From the NCBI GenBank assembly GCA_963848965.1, contig CAWKFG010000005.1, positions 1 to 64,000 of the forward strand: a DNA stretch of 64,000 nucleotides, read 5' to 3'. The position numbers were made by a program, and so were the translations under genes. Positions 29,146-39,663 of the stretch are shown in pieces. Origin of the DNA: an uncultured bacterium (GTDB lineage: Bacteria > Babelota > Babeliae > Babelales > Babelaceae). Positions within the stretch are counted from its first letter, which is position 1; every line of letters begins with the position of its first letter. The notes below the pieces were generated by a model. It made no database searches, was not told where the DNA came from, and saw nothing but the letters and a program-made list of their open reading frames with translations.

Positions 29146-30156
29146 CTACTTTGCTCCATGCTTTAAAAGAAGTTGTTTAATGTTTGGATCCTTTGCTAAA
29201 CTTAAAGCAGTCTGATTATCTACATTTTTGACAGAAACATCAGCTTTACGAGCTAAAAGCTGCTCTAAGGCTTCAGGATTATTATAGAATGCCGCATATA
29301 TTAAGGGAGTATTACCCCTTTGATCTTGTGCATTAATATCTGCACCTGCATTAAGAAATATCTGTACCAAGTCTTTATCTCTTCTTTGTATAGCATGCAT
29401 GAGTGGAGTCATTTTATCTTGATCATGAACATTAACGTCTGCTTTAGCTTTAATAAGCATTTGCACTATATCTTTATAAACAACTGGCAGTAAAGCTGCA
29501 CTACCAGTACGTTGAGGTTGCTCTATTGTTGCATATATTAAAGCACTGTTACCAAATCTATCTTGACTATTAACATTGGCATTGGCATTAATAAGCATTG
29601 CTACTACATCTTTATTTTGGCGTAAGACAGCATTCATTAAGGCAGTTTTGCCGTTCATATCTTGCACATTAACATCAATGCCTTGAGCCAAAAGCTCTTT
29701 AACCTTGTCTAGATTTGCATCTATAAGCTCTAGCTGCTTCTGCCACGTTAAAGCTCCAGGAGTACCTAACGCTTTTGCTAGAGTACTCGCGGAGTCTGGT
29801 CGCTTGTTATATAAATCTGCAATAATAATTCTATTAAAATCTGGATCAGTAAATAGCGCACTAAAATTCTTATTCTGAGATAATTCTTTTAATTTCTTGA
29901 GAGCAGCTTCATATTTTAGGGATTTTATCTGATTCAATTGATCATAAAGACCTTTAAATAAAGGACTACCTGTTGAAGATGCCTCTTTAAGCTGTTTCAA
30001 TAAGTCATCAAACGTATAGAGAGCTTTGAAGTTTGCAATAAATTGTGAGATTTCACCTAGTAATTCTTTTGGCAAAAATTTAAAAAAACCTTCCGGCTCC
30101 ATCCCAAAAGCATTTATAAACAATCCTAGTGTTAAGGCACATAATTTTTTATTCAT
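29146..30156 (-). CDS. Secreted F-box-like + ankyrin repeat protein
   Basis: Signal peptide ...FGME, then FFKFLPKELLGEISQFI, then about 5 ankyrin repeats. Confidence 0.88.
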   Translation of the reverse strand: MNKKLCALTLGLFINAFGMEPEGFFKFLPKELLGEISQFIANFKALYTFDDLLKQLKEASSTGSPLFKGLYDQLNQIKSLKYEAALKKLKELSQNKNFSALFTDPDFNRIIIADLYNKRPDSASTLAKALGTPGALTWQKQLELIDANLDKVKELLAQGIDVNVQDMNGKTALMNAVLRQNKDVVAMLINANANVNSQDRFGNSALIYATIEQPQRTGSAALLPVVYKDIVQMLIKAKADVNVHDQDKMTPLMHAIQRRDKDLVQIFLNAGADINAQDQRGNTPLIYAAFYNNPEALEQLLARKADVSVKNVDNQTALSLAKDPNIKQLLLKHGAK

Positions 30157-30304
30157 AACTTCTCCATAATCAGATCATTAAATTATTTTATTTCTTATTG
30201 TATTAAATATTTAAAGATTAAGTCAATAATAACAATCTAAGTTTCAGGAAGATATTCTATAAATAATCATTGTGCCTCTAGTAAAAGACATGACATGTAA
30301 TCTT

Positions 30305-33058
30305 TTAATGGACTCTACTATGATCCTCATCATCTTCAGTTTCAATCAAGTTATATTCTTGGCATCTTCTGTTAACAGAGGATCTATTAACGCCTAAGAG
30401 AATAGCAATCTTGTTTTGATTCTTAAACTTATTCCAAAGCATACTCATAATGTGAGGGTCCTTGAGAGCCTTTTTGCCCATACGAACAGCTTGTACCAAT
30501 TCTGGATCTGTTACATGATACGCTGGATCAAACTCTGTTGTTTCATACAGCTTATGTTTGGTAGACTTAGAGACAAGTAGCTGATGTACCTTCTCTTTTA
30601 ACTCTTGTAAACTGACCGGTCTTTGGCCTAAGAGCCTATCTTTATCTTTATCACTGAGTTGAATAAGATTCTTAAATGTCTCTGTCTTAAGAGCTTGATG
30701 GCTGAATCCTTCAGCAAGATCGGCAACTTCAGTATTTGGAAGTAATGCTAATGATGGCATCACTAGTGAGGCTTTTTTAAGCTCTTGGAATAATGCTTTA
30801 GAGAACTGCCCTTCTGCTACTAAGGTACTTATATTTTTAGAAGAAGAGCAAATGATACGAACATTGCTTACTACTTTATGATCACTTCTAAATTTATGAA
30901 AGTGCCCATAAACAATAAAGTCAGCAAGTGCTTGTTGTGTTTCAAGGCTTAAAAAATGAATGTTTTCTATAAACAAGGTACCATTATCAAGCTTAGAAAG
31001 TAACCCTTCTTCAGCAGCTCCTAAAAGAGGATTAAGGCCAAAGAGCTTTATTGCTATATCATGGTTCTTCTCTTGGCTGTGCAATTTAAGAACATGTAGT
31101 TGTTGGCGCATACTAATGTGATGTAATATCTCTACGGTAGGCATAATATCACCTTCTGCCATTTCTAGCAGAGTAGCTTTTTTACTTAAAGAGACTTCTA
31201 GCATAGCTATCTTAAAATTAAGAAGCTTTTCTCCAGAGCCAGGAATAAGCTGGTTAATAAGCTGTCCTGAGCTTGTTGTTTCTAAGTAAAGAATATAATC
31301 CCATTTTGATGGATCTTTAAGGAGCTCAAATTGTGCTCTCATAATATCTGATACTTCAGGATAATAAAGCATAATAATAACAGTATTATGTTCAAGACTT
31401 GGAATACCAGTAGCTACCACTTTATTACCCTGTTCATCATAGGCAAAAGTACTTTGTACGGTCTTATATTCTTGTATTTTACGACACAAGTTTTTAAGTG
31501 CTACAGCAAGAGGATGTCCTTGCTCTGCATTGATATCTGCACCTATAAGCTCTTGAGCTGCTTCATTTGCATAACTAAATCTTCGTGCTTTATAAAAGAC
31601 AATGCCAATCTTTCTCTCTTTATGAGAGCGTAAGAATGATCGAATACTTTCTTTATAATGGTTAACCTCTTGATGTTTAGCATATAGTTCTTCTTGCAAT
31701 TCCTTTTCCATCTGTTGAAGAGCATCAAGGTTACTGTATTTAAGAAGGTTAATAACATTACTTAAATAGCTGGTAAATACAAGCATTTCATCGCGCTCTT
31801 TACTTGTATACAGCCTTCCAGGGCGAGCATCATGCTCTACAATAATATATGCAGAGATAGCTTTACGCTCATAAATAGGTAAAAAGATGTCAGCATTAAT
31901 ACTGTCTAAAAATGCTACTATCTCATCTCTTTGTTTTGCCTCTTCATAAAAATTAGTAAACTCAATCTCATCTTTAATAAATATCTTCCATTGATATAAA
32001 CTTGTAACAAGATCGCTTGGTAATTCATGTCGTGCTAAAAACTTTTCTACCTTGTCTTGTGTATGAACAATATCATGATAAAGGTTATTTTTATTGTCTT
32101 GAGGAGCTTCTTCTTGTCGTATATAGAGTCTGACACGCCCTAAAGGTACTTCAAATGCTCGTTCAAAAAAGGTTTGGGTAAGTTGTGAAAGCTCTTTGAG
32201 CGATGTTACATAGCTCAGCTGTTCTAAAATGTCCTTAAAATCAATGATAAAATTAAACCTCTCTTTTGATTCTACATGGTTTTTCAAGTTTAAGAAACGA
32301 AGGCCTATCGTTCTTCTGATAGAGTAATATATTGCAATATTTGTAAGCAATTCTCGTCCTAATGTAATTACTCGCCGATCAAGCAAAAACCACGTGTGAA
32401 GATACGAAAGAAAATACGTAAAGTTAGCAATTTCTATAAGAAGAAGAGGTATAAGAAAACACCGTATTACTATCTTTAATTGACTTGAAAGAATAGAAGG
32501 AAGTATACCTTGCTTAATCTTATAAAAAATTTGATATACTGCTGAAAGTAAAAGAGGGATAAGATAGAACTTACTCATCTGGATCACAGTGCTTTCAGAA
32601 GGAATATCTACCATTTCATATCTAAATGCAGCTGTAAATGCATAATAACCACAAAATAAACTACTTATAACAAAAAATAGATAATCACCCACATCTAAAG
32701 TAAAATCTTTTTTCGCTAAATTCTTTATAAAAAGTGTAAGAGCATAATAACGTACTATAAAGAAAAACCAAGCAATACGACCTGCAAAAGCAATAAAATT
32801 TACCGAATAGCTAAGGCCAAAGACATATTTAGACAAACGAATGATCCATGATACATCATGTACAAGAAAACCAACAATAATAAGAGCAAATAAAAGTATT
32901 AGCTTTTTTGAAATATAGTTTGTATGAAAACTTTTACTTAACAAAAAGGTAAAAAGACCTAGCTTAAAAAGAAAAGAAACGTAGGTCAGGAACAAAAAAA
33001 ATGACGGAGCCGTTACTACATCATAAAAATTATTGATAAATTGAATAATGTACAACAT
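30305..33058 (-). CDS. Membrane-bound one-component regulator: about 7 TM, GAF, PAS-like, degenerate sigma54-activator AAA, Fis-type HTH
   Basis: Hydrophobic first 250 aa. GAF end FLPIY...YTSKERDEML. PAS-like YANEAAQELIG. GTLFIENI...Q..L...NVRIICSS...GQF...LF..L. C-terminal NQNKIAILLGVNRSSVNRR. Confidence 0.85.
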   Translation of the reverse strand: MLYIIQFINNFYDVVTAPSFFLFLTYVSFLFKLGLFTFLLSKSFHTNYISKKLILLFALIIVGFLVHDVSWIIRLSKYVFGLSYSVNFIAFAGRIAWFFFIVRYYALTLFIKNLAKKDFTLDVGDYLFFVISSLFCGYYAFTAAFRYEMVDIPSESTVIQMSKFYLIPLLLSAVYQIFYKIKQGILPSILSSQLKIVIRCFLIPLLLIEIANFTYFLSYLHTWFLLDRRVITLGRELLTNIAIYYSIRRTIGLRFLNLKNHVESKERFNFIIDFKDILEQLSYVTSLKELSQLTQTFFERAFEVPLGRVRLYIRQEEAPQDNKNNLYHDIVHTQDKVEKFLARHELPSDLVTSLYQWKIFIKDEIEFTNFYEEAKQRDEIVAFLDSINADIFLPIYERKAISAYIIVEHDARPGRLYTSKERDEMLVFTSYLSNVINLLKYSNLDALQQMEKELQEELYAKHQEVNHYKESIRSFLRSHKERKIGIVFYKARRFSYANEAAQELIGADINAEQGHPLAVALKNLCRKIQEYKTVQSTFAYDEQGNKVVATGIPSLEHNTVIIMLYYPEVSDIMRAQFELLKDPSKWDYILYLETTSSGQLINQLIPGSGEKLLNFKIAMLEVSLSKKATLLEMAEGDIMPTVEILHHISMRQQLHVLKLHSQEKNHDIAIKLFGLNPLLGAAEEGLLSKLDNGTLFIENIHFLSLETQQALADFIVYGHFHKFRSDHKVVSNVRIICSSSKNISTLVAEGQFSKALFQELKKASLVMPSLALLPNTEVADLAEGFSHQALKTETFKNLIQLSDKDKDRLLGQRPVSLQELKEKVHQLLVSKSTKHKLYETTEFDPAYHVTDPELVQAVRMGKKALKDPHIMSMLWNKFKNQNKIAILLGVNRSSVNRRCQEYNLIETEDDEDHSRVH

Positions 33059-33063
33059 GATTA

Positions 33064-33105
33064 TTGACTTTCTCTCCTAAGTCACATATATTAGTTGTTA
33101 AGTCA
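33064..33105 (+). promoter_or_regulatory. Promoter of the peptide gene overlapped by a TGACTT-N8-AAGTCA palindrome and a repeated TAAGTCA
   Basis: TTGACT (33064)-17-TATATT (33087). TAAGTCA at 33078 and 33099, 21 nt apart. Confidence 0.45.
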
Positions 33106-33162
33106 TCATACCATGAATCTGCATAAGTGTATATCTAATTTTTATACTCGAAGGAGTTCTCT

Positions 33163-33339
33163 ATGCACAGCATCACTTTAAAGCTTAAAGCGGTAGCAGT
33201 GACACTTCTTATTGGTACTTTCTTATCGACATCTTATATGCTTAGTAATACGGCATGTAATAAGATAAAAAAGGAAACACCCTCCACCGAACAGAACAGT
33301 TTTAGAGACGAACCACCTTGGGACGGTTTAGGGTATTAA
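33163..33339 (+). CDS. Unannotated 58-aa secreted peptide precursor
   Basis: AAGGAG RBS. MHSITLKLKAVAVTLLIGTFLSTSYMLSNTACNKIKKETPSTEQNSFRDEPPWDGLGY*. A terminator follows the stop codon. Confidence 0.75.
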   Translation: MHSITLKLKAVAVTLLIGTFLSTSYMLSNTACNKIKKETPSTEQNSFRDEPPWDGLGY

Positions 33340-33347
33340 AAAATGAC

Positions 33348-33381
33348 AAGCTCGTACTCATAAAAAGTACGAGCTTTTTTT
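33348..33381 (+). terminator. Intrinsic terminator after the peptide gene
   Basis: AAGCTCGTACT-cataaaa-AGTACGAGCTT followed by a T-run. Confidence 0.8.
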
Positions 33382-33388
33382 ATGTCTA

Positions 33389-34264
33389 TCAAAGTGTGTA
33401 AAGATTCTTTTCTTCCTTTACGAAGCCTTCTTTTATAAGCTCCTGTAAAACTTCATGTATTTCCTGTTCTTCTCGCTTAGTACATTTTACTAATTTCTGA
33501 AACGTTACACATTGAGCTTTTACAAGCTCTTTGATAATCATACCACGAAGCTGACGTCGAGAACCTTCAAACTTTGATTGTATAGTATAATGAGCACTTT
33601 TGCGACTTGGATTCTTAAATTTCTTTTTAAGCATAACACCATAATCCATAAGAGCATAATACCATATACGTGCTTGTTCTCTGTCTACCGTTTGCTCTAT
33701 CAAAGGATATAAAGCTTTATCGCTTACTTCTTGAGCATCTGGAAAGAAGTGATGAATAAATACTGTACGAATATTTGTTTCTATAAATACTGTAGGTTGG
33801 TTAAAAGCAAAAGCACAAATAGATGCTGCTGTAGCAGCGCCAATGCCCTTAAACGTTTGCAATATCTCAGGATCTTGAGGAATAGTACCACTATACTCTG
33901 CAATAATCCTTTGACAAAGTGTATGAAGAGCAAGCGCACGTCGATTGTAACCAAGACCCTGCCAGACTCTCAATACTTCAGCTGCCGAAGCTGCTGCTAA
34001 CTGCTCAATGCTCTTAAATGTAGAAATAAACTGCTCATACTTTTCCTTAACTCGCTCAGTTTGCGTTTGCTGAAGCATAATTTCTGAAACAATAATATGG
34101 TAAGGATTTTGTGTATCACGCCATGCAAATTCTCTTTTATGCTCTCTATAATAAGAATAAATAAGAGTACGAAAATGCTGTATTCCCTCTTGCGCAAGTA
34201 CACCATCTACTAGAAAGTACTGTAAACTGCTAGAAGATAATGAATCTAAAAAACTCATTTGCAT
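33389..34264 (-). CDS. mutY: A/G-specific adenine glycosylase, short form
   Basis: WRDTQNPY.I.VSEIMLQQTQ, WQGLGYNRRA, HhH GIG..TA, ETNIR and ALMDYG. No Fe-S cysteine cluster or NUDIX-like domain is visible. Confidence 0.88.
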   Translation of the reverse strand: MQMSFLDSLSSSSLQYFLVDGVLAQEGIQHFRTLIYSYYREHKREFAWRDTQNPYHIIVSEIMLQQTQTERVKEKYEQFISTFKSIEQLAAASAAEVLRVWQGLGYNRRALALHTLCQRIIAEYSGTIPQDPEILQTFKGIGAATAASICAFAFNQPTVFIETNIRTVFIHHFFPDAQEVSDKALYPLIEQTVDREQARIWYYALMDYGVMLKKKFKNPSRKSAHYTIQSKFEGSRRQLRGMIIKELVKAQCVTFQKLVKCTKREEQEIHEVLQELIKEGFVKEEKNLYTL

Positions 34265-34266
34265 GT

Positions 34267-36726
34267 TTACTCACCTGTAGTTTGTCTATTGTTTGCTTGT
34301 TGAGCAGGTTGTCTTGGTGATATTCTAAAGGTATCTCTTTTAAGGTCATCATATGCTATATGAATAACGTCCTCTTCTGGCCTCATCTCAATGCGCCTTA
34401 CTTTTATAGAAGACATATGTTCTGTGCTAGAGACTGCACCAGTATATATATTCCAAAATCTTACTGTTCCATCTTCACTTGCAGAAATGAGAGTTTCATA
34501 TTTGCTATAATACTCTATATGAGTTACCGGTCCTGTATGACCTCCAAATACTCTCAGACATGTGCCATTCTTTCTATCCCAAATGCGGATTGTACCATCA
34601 TCAGAACACGAAGCAAGAGCCCTTATAATCTCAATACCATCATTCAGAGTCAAGAGCTTCATATCATTTACTCTTTTCGTGTGACCTATGAGCGTTTTTC
34701 GTAAAGCACCTTCATCTGTTCCCCACTTATGAATAGTTCCATCTCCTGCCCCTGTAAAAAGAGCAGTAATAGTTTTATCATAGACCATAGACCATACAGG
34801 GTGTGTATGCCCTTTTAAAACAAAACGGCACGCATTTGTCTTCAAATCCCACAGTCGTACAGTACAGTCATCTCCTCCTGATGCTAACATATTATAATCT
34901 TTTAAAAAGCATAACGACCATATATATCCTTTGTGCTCTGCAGGAAGCTTAAACTGCCTTAAACCTCCTTTATTTATCAAAATAAAAGGCCCGTCACCAA
35001 GAAAAATAAGAGCGTCTGATTCAGTAAGTGATTCACATAAAATAGCCGTTACATCTTCTCGTAACGTTAAACTACTGACAGAACTAATATCTGTACCATA
35101 ACGAATAGAAGGACAATGAGACCTTATAAAAGTAGATGGTACTGGCTGTCGTCTAACAGAAGAAGTTTCAGTGGTTGCAGAAATCTGCTCACTCACTGCA
35201 AAACGTTTCCAAACTTGTACTGTATTGTAATCACTGATTACAAAAAGAGTACTTCCATCACTACTTATTTTTATGTGTAACGGTTTGTTTCCTGTAGTTA
35301 CAGGAAACTGCTGTTGTCCTTTTGTAGCAACAACTACAACTTCACCTGAAACATAAGCACACGCTAAGTAGTGTCCGTCATAAGTCCAATCAACACAAGA
35401 AATAATTTCAGATCCATTTTTAACAAGTGGCACAGGCAATGTAGTACATAACTTAAGATTATGAGGGCGGCCTAAAAATACAGAAGCCCCTTGAGGATCT
35501 ATAAAGCTACAAGAAAGAGCATCTTTCTCATGGTTCGAAGCACGCATAATATCAGTACAATCGCCAGATTCTCTATTCCATACTTTTACAGAACCATTTT
35601 TTGTAACACCGTAAATCTTTTTGCTATCAGTACTAAATTGTAGTGCGATAATTGTTCCTATAACAGGTCCTTTCGCTATAGTTTTCATACGGCCTGTTCC
35701 TGTATCCCAACATAATAAGTATTTTGAGCCTTCATGCTCTACGGTAGCTGCAAATAAAGAACAGTCAGCATTAAAGGTACCACACGAAGTATTGGTAACC
35801 CACATTTTTCCTTCTCTCTCCATTTGAAGATGAAAAGGAGCTTCATCAAGCAAGCATACTTTTATAATACCTGTAAGAGTAACTACGAAAAGCTCTTGAT
35901 TTTTTTCATTCCATCCAACTAAAGGGCCATGAGTTCGAGTAAGATAAGGCTTTACTTTATCAGCAAGCTCTTTAATAGCTATACAAGTACCTTGTGCAGT
36001 ATCCCACACATACATATAGTTTGATGAAAGAGAGATAAGACGATTTCCATCAGCAGTACAAAAAACAAACTGTAGTGGTGTCTCGTCTTGATGACCTTCT
36101 AAAGCTGTATGACTCAACGAACTTATACATGACCATTTATAGACCGCAGCATCCACTGATGTTTCTTGTGTTGATACTTCGTTCTTGTCTAGTACAGGCT
36201 CCTTTTTCTTTTTTGGTTTACGCTTTTTTCGAGCACTTTCTTGTGCAAAAACAGCTCCCTTTGCAGATCTTTCTTTTATAAGATTGGTAAGATTACTTGC
36301 AGCACACCCATCTCCCTTGTCTCTTCCCTTATTAAGGTATTCTATTGCTTGCTCTCGTTTACCAAGATGTAAATAAGCTACTGCCAAGTTATTATACAGG
36401 GGAAGGATATCTACCTCACTATAAAAGCGAAGAACCCGTAAAAAATAGCTTTTTGCATCCTTATAACGTTCTTGTTTAAGATACACAAGCCCGAGGGAAT
36501 ATAAAGCATATGCTCGTTTTATACTATCTTTGCTCTCGGTAGCAATTTTATCAAAACATTCTATAGCTTCTTTATACTTTTGTTGTTGAACATACGAGAT
36601 CCCCGCTGTATACAGAGATTCATCTGAAGCTGGCTGTTGCTCTTTTTCCATACCAGTAAGAGCACAAAATCCACCGCTTATTCCTATCAGCAAAAATGTT
36701 TTATAATACAAGCTTTTTATAGTCAT
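34267..36726 (-). CDS. Secreted TPR + WD40 repeat protein
   Basis: Signal peptide ...TGME, about 3 TPRs, a basic RKKRKPKKKK stretch, many GH...S.D..WD repeats. Confidence 0.88.
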   Translation of the reverse strand: MTIKSLYYKTFLLIGISGGFCALTGMEKEQQPASDESLYTAGISYVQQQKYKEAIECFDKIATESKDSIKRAYALYSLGLVYLKQERYKDAKSYFLRVLRFYSEVDILPLYNNLAVAYLHLGKREQAIEYLNKGRDKGDGCAASNLTNLIKERSAKGAVFAQESARKKRKPKKKKEPVLDKNEVSTQETSVDAAVYKWSCISSLSHTALEGHQDETPLQFVFCTADGNRLISLSSNYMYVWDTAQGTCIAIKELADKVKPYLTRTHGPLVGWNEKNQELFVVTLTGIIKVCLLDEAPFHLQMEREGKMWVTNTSCGTFNADCSLFAATVEHEGSKYLLCWDTGTGRMKTIAKGPVIGTIIALQFSTDSKKIYGVTKNGSVKVWNRESGDCTDIMRASNHEKDALSCSFIDPQGASVFLGRPHNLKLCTTLPVPLVKNGSEIISCVDWTYDGHYLACAYVSGEVVVVATKGQQQFPVTTGNKPLHIKISSDGSTLFVISDYNTVQVWKRFAVSEQISATTETSSVRRQPVPSTFIRSHCPSIRYGTDISSVSSLTLREDVTAILCESLTESDALIFLGDGPFILINKGGLRQFKLPAEHKGYIWSLCFLKDYNMLASGGDDCTVRLWDLKTNACRFVLKGHTHPVWSMVYDKTITALFTGAGDGTIHKWGTDEGALRKTLIGHTKRVNDMKLLTLNDGIEIIRALASCSDDGTIRIWDRKNGTCLRVFGGHTGPVTHIEYYSKYETLISASEDGTVRFWNIYTGAVSSTEHMSSIKVRRIEMRPEEDVIHIAYDDLKRDTFRISPRQPAQQANNRQTTGE

Positions 36727-36966
36727 AGAGAAAACCTTAACGTAATCATATTTTTTAAAATATAGAATAGCATGGCTACTTATATTGTCAATTTTGAAAT
36801 TGCAACTTGAAGATATGCAAAAAACTAAATTTTAAAATATATAAGAGATTCAATAATACGCATTACTCATATATTCAAGCACAAGCAGAAAGAATTATGT
36901 ACATCTTTCTGTTGCAAACATTTGTAAAGTCTACAAACTCTGCTTATTTATCATAAGAAAGAGACC

Positions 36967-39603
36967 TTAGACACGACCTGCTCGTATTTTTACAAGTTTG
37001 TCAGTAGAAAGGTATTTTTTTACCGTCTCTTGCATCTGATCAATGGTAATGGAAGTAAGCTGTGAAGCACGGGTATCAAAATAATCTTGTGGAAACTGAA
37101 ATTTATCTTTAAATAATGCAGTAACAGCTATTTGGTGATTAGAGCTAAAATTATCTACCAACGAGTTTATAATAGCTTTTTGTGCTTCCTCAAACTCTTG
37201 TGCTGATACTTCATTAATTGCAGTGTTAATAACATGCGCTATAGCAGCTTCTGCTTCTTTAAGACGATCATTTGAGACGATTGTTCTTACTACGACAAGT
37301 CCTTTTTGCGTATCAACACGAGAAATTAAAGAGCCACCAATTGTGTAAAAGAGCCCTGAACGTTCTCGCAAATCAAATAATCGAGAACTCATTGAGCCTA
37401 AAACACCACCAGTAAAAATTTGATCAAAAAGCAGAAGCTTATCATAATCAGGATCTGTTCTTGTTACCGATAAACCTGCATAAGAAAGAACTGTTTGATC
37501 TCGTATAATGTGGTAATTTATCTCTTGAGGTCGTACCGGCTCTAACTGCGGATAATCAAGATCTACCACTTCCGATCCGGTCCAACGAGAAAGCATGTGT
37601 TCTAAGACTTCTTTAGTTTCATAACGCTCTAAGTCTCCTACTATCGCCAACCGTGCTGCTCGTGGACTTAAATAACGTGTATAAAAATCAAGTAGGTGCT
37701 GCTTCGTAATAGCCTTGACCCCTTCAAAGGTTCCCAGAATATTCTTACTATAAGGATGGTTTTTATATACCTCTTGTCGCGCTAATTGACCGACAAATTG
37801 TGAAGGGCTATCCCAAAACTGCTGTAATTCAGCAATCATCTGCGCTCGTACCTTCTCAATAGAATCTTCTTTAAAGGCTGCTTGTGTAAGAATCTCATTA
37901 AGTAGTTCAAGACCTTTAGGAAGATCTGCAGCCAGTAAGCTTAATGTTACTTGTCCTGAACCAGCTTGTAATGACATACCATAGGATTCAAGCACATCAG
38001 CAAATTCAGATGCTGAGTAATTTTTAGTACCTTCTAAAAGAAGTGATGCAGTAAAAGAGCTCAGTCCCTCTAAACCTTGAGGATCATAATAATGTTTTGC
38101 TTTAAAATCTAAAATAATATCTATTTTAGGAAGCAGTTGATTATTGTAATAAAGCACCTTAAGTCCATTACTTAAATGCCATGTCTGTGATCGAGGGAAT
38201 TCAAATGGTTTTGGTGGTCGAACTTCAATTGAATAAACACACTTACCTTCCTCAATTTCAGTATGTCGTACTTTTCCTTTGAGAATTCGCTCATCTTCCT
38301 CATCAGAAATCTGTTGCAAATGAAGCCAATATGTTTTTTCTTTTTCATGTAAAGGTAATACCTGAGCCATATTCATACCAGAAGAGCGTAAATACGTAGA
38401 AACAAAATCTTTTATCTCTTGTTCAAGATGCTCTTTAGGGTAATCAGTAAAGGTATAGAGAAACTGCTCATTACCAGTAGCTAAATAATATTTACCTATG
38501 TTGTATGCCTGCTTTTGGTTATTTTCAAGCAATGCAAGATAAGAAACTTCAGTTTTTTTAATTGCTCTTGTTACTTCAGCTTCTTCCACCCCTTTATGTG
38601 CTATTGCGTCAAGCTCTTCATGAATAATGGAGAAAATACGATCAATATCTTCGCTCTTTTTTGGCTGGAAGTAGACAAAGAAAACACCATAATCAAAAAG
38701 ATCATAGTTAAAAACATCAAGCTCAGTAACAAGCTGTAGACCATCAACAAGCCGCTTATATAACCTTGAGCCCTTACCAGAGCCTATAATCCAAGAGACT
38801 ACATCAATAAGATAATCTTTTCCTTTACGAGCACCTGGTATAATCCACGCTCCTATAACCATAGGCTGCTTGATATCTCGATAGAGAGTAACAGTGTAGT
38901 TTCGCAAATCAGGTGAATGGTAATACTGTACTGGTTGATACTTTTCATCAGCAGGAATATTACCAAACTCTTTATGAATATTTTTCAGCGCCTCATCAGG
39001 ATCAACATCACCTACAATAACGAGGGTTGCATTATTAGGTACATAGTGATGACGATAGAATGCTACAAGAGCTTCACGCTCTAAGCCCCATAGATCTTGC
39101 TTATAGCCAATAATAGGATGATGATAGGGATGATCATAAAAAATAGCTGAAAGTAGATGCTCAATCATGCTTGAAACATAATCATCCTTATACATTTTGA
39201 GCTCTTGAATAACAGCTTTCAGCTCAGAGTTTAGAAAATCTTGTTTAAATGTGCAATTACGCATACAATCAGCCATGATAGGCAGCGCTTCTTGCCAGTG
39301 TTGTGAAGGAAAGTCAAAGAGATATCCTGTATAATCATATGAAGTAAATGCATTACAGTACCCAGAAAGCTTATGAGTAATAAGGTTAATATCGCATTCT
39401 GAAAGTATTCCTGTACCTTTAAAAATCATGTGTTCAATAAGATGCGCTATCCCTTTTTCTCCACTTTTTTCATCTTTTGATCCTACATTGTACCATAGCT
39501 GAGTTGATACTTTAGGAATAGTTCGTCGTGGTACAATGAGTACTGTCATACCATTAGCTAAAATCTGTTTAAGAACGCGGGGCCGTTGCATACCTATCCT
39601 CAT
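36967..39603 (-). CDS. M16 family zinc peptidase (fused alpha/beta form)
   Basis: GIAHLIEHMIFKGT (HxxEH) and NAFTSYDYT, with a second inactive M16 half. Confidence 0.92.
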   Translation of the reverse strand: MRIGMQRPRVLKQILANGMTVLIVPRRTIPKVSTQLWYNVGSKDEKSGEKGIAHLIEHMIFKGTGILSECDINLITHKLSGYCNAFTSYDYTGYLFDFPSQHWQEALPIMADCMRNCTFKQDFLNSELKAVIQELKMYKDDYVSSMIEHLLSAIFYDHPYHHPIIGYKQDLWGLEREALVAFYRHHYVPNNATLVIVGDVDPDEALKNIHKEFGNIPADEKYQPVQYYHSPDLRNYTVTLYRDIKQPMVIGAWIIPGARKGKDYLIDVVSWIIGSGKGSRLYKRLVDGLQLVTELDVFNYDLFDYGVFFVYFQPKKSEDIDRIFSIIHEELDAIAHKGVEEAEVTRAIKKTEVSYLALLENNQKQAYNIGKYYLATGNEQFLYTFTDYPKEHLEQEIKDFVSTYLRSSGMNMAQVLPLHEKEKTYWLHLQQISDEEDERILKGKVRHTEIEEGKCVYSIEVRPPKPFEFPRSQTWHLSNGLKVLYYNNQLLPKIDIILDFKAKHYYDPQGLEGLSSFTASLLLEGTKNYSASEFADVLESYGMSLQAGSGQVTLSLLAADLPKGLELLNEILTQAAFKEDSIEKVRAQMIAELQQFWDSPSQFVGQLARQEVYKNHPYSKNILGTFEGVKAITKQHLLDFYTRYLSPRAARLAIVGDLERYETKEVLEHMLSRWTGSEVVDLDYPQLEPVRPQEINYHIIRDQTVLSYAGLSVTRTDPDYDKLLLFDQIFTGGVLGSMSSRLFDLRERSGLFYTIGGSLISRVDTQKGLVVVRTIVSNDRLKEAEAAIAHVINTAINEVSAQEFEEAQKAIINSLVDNFSSNHQIAVTALFKDKFQFPQDYFDTRASQLTSITIDQMQETVKKYLSTDKLVKIRAGRV

Positions 39604-39663
39604 GAGTAATTGTGCTCTTGTGCATCTTCATATTAACGCAACTTCCAACCAATCGCAAACAAA

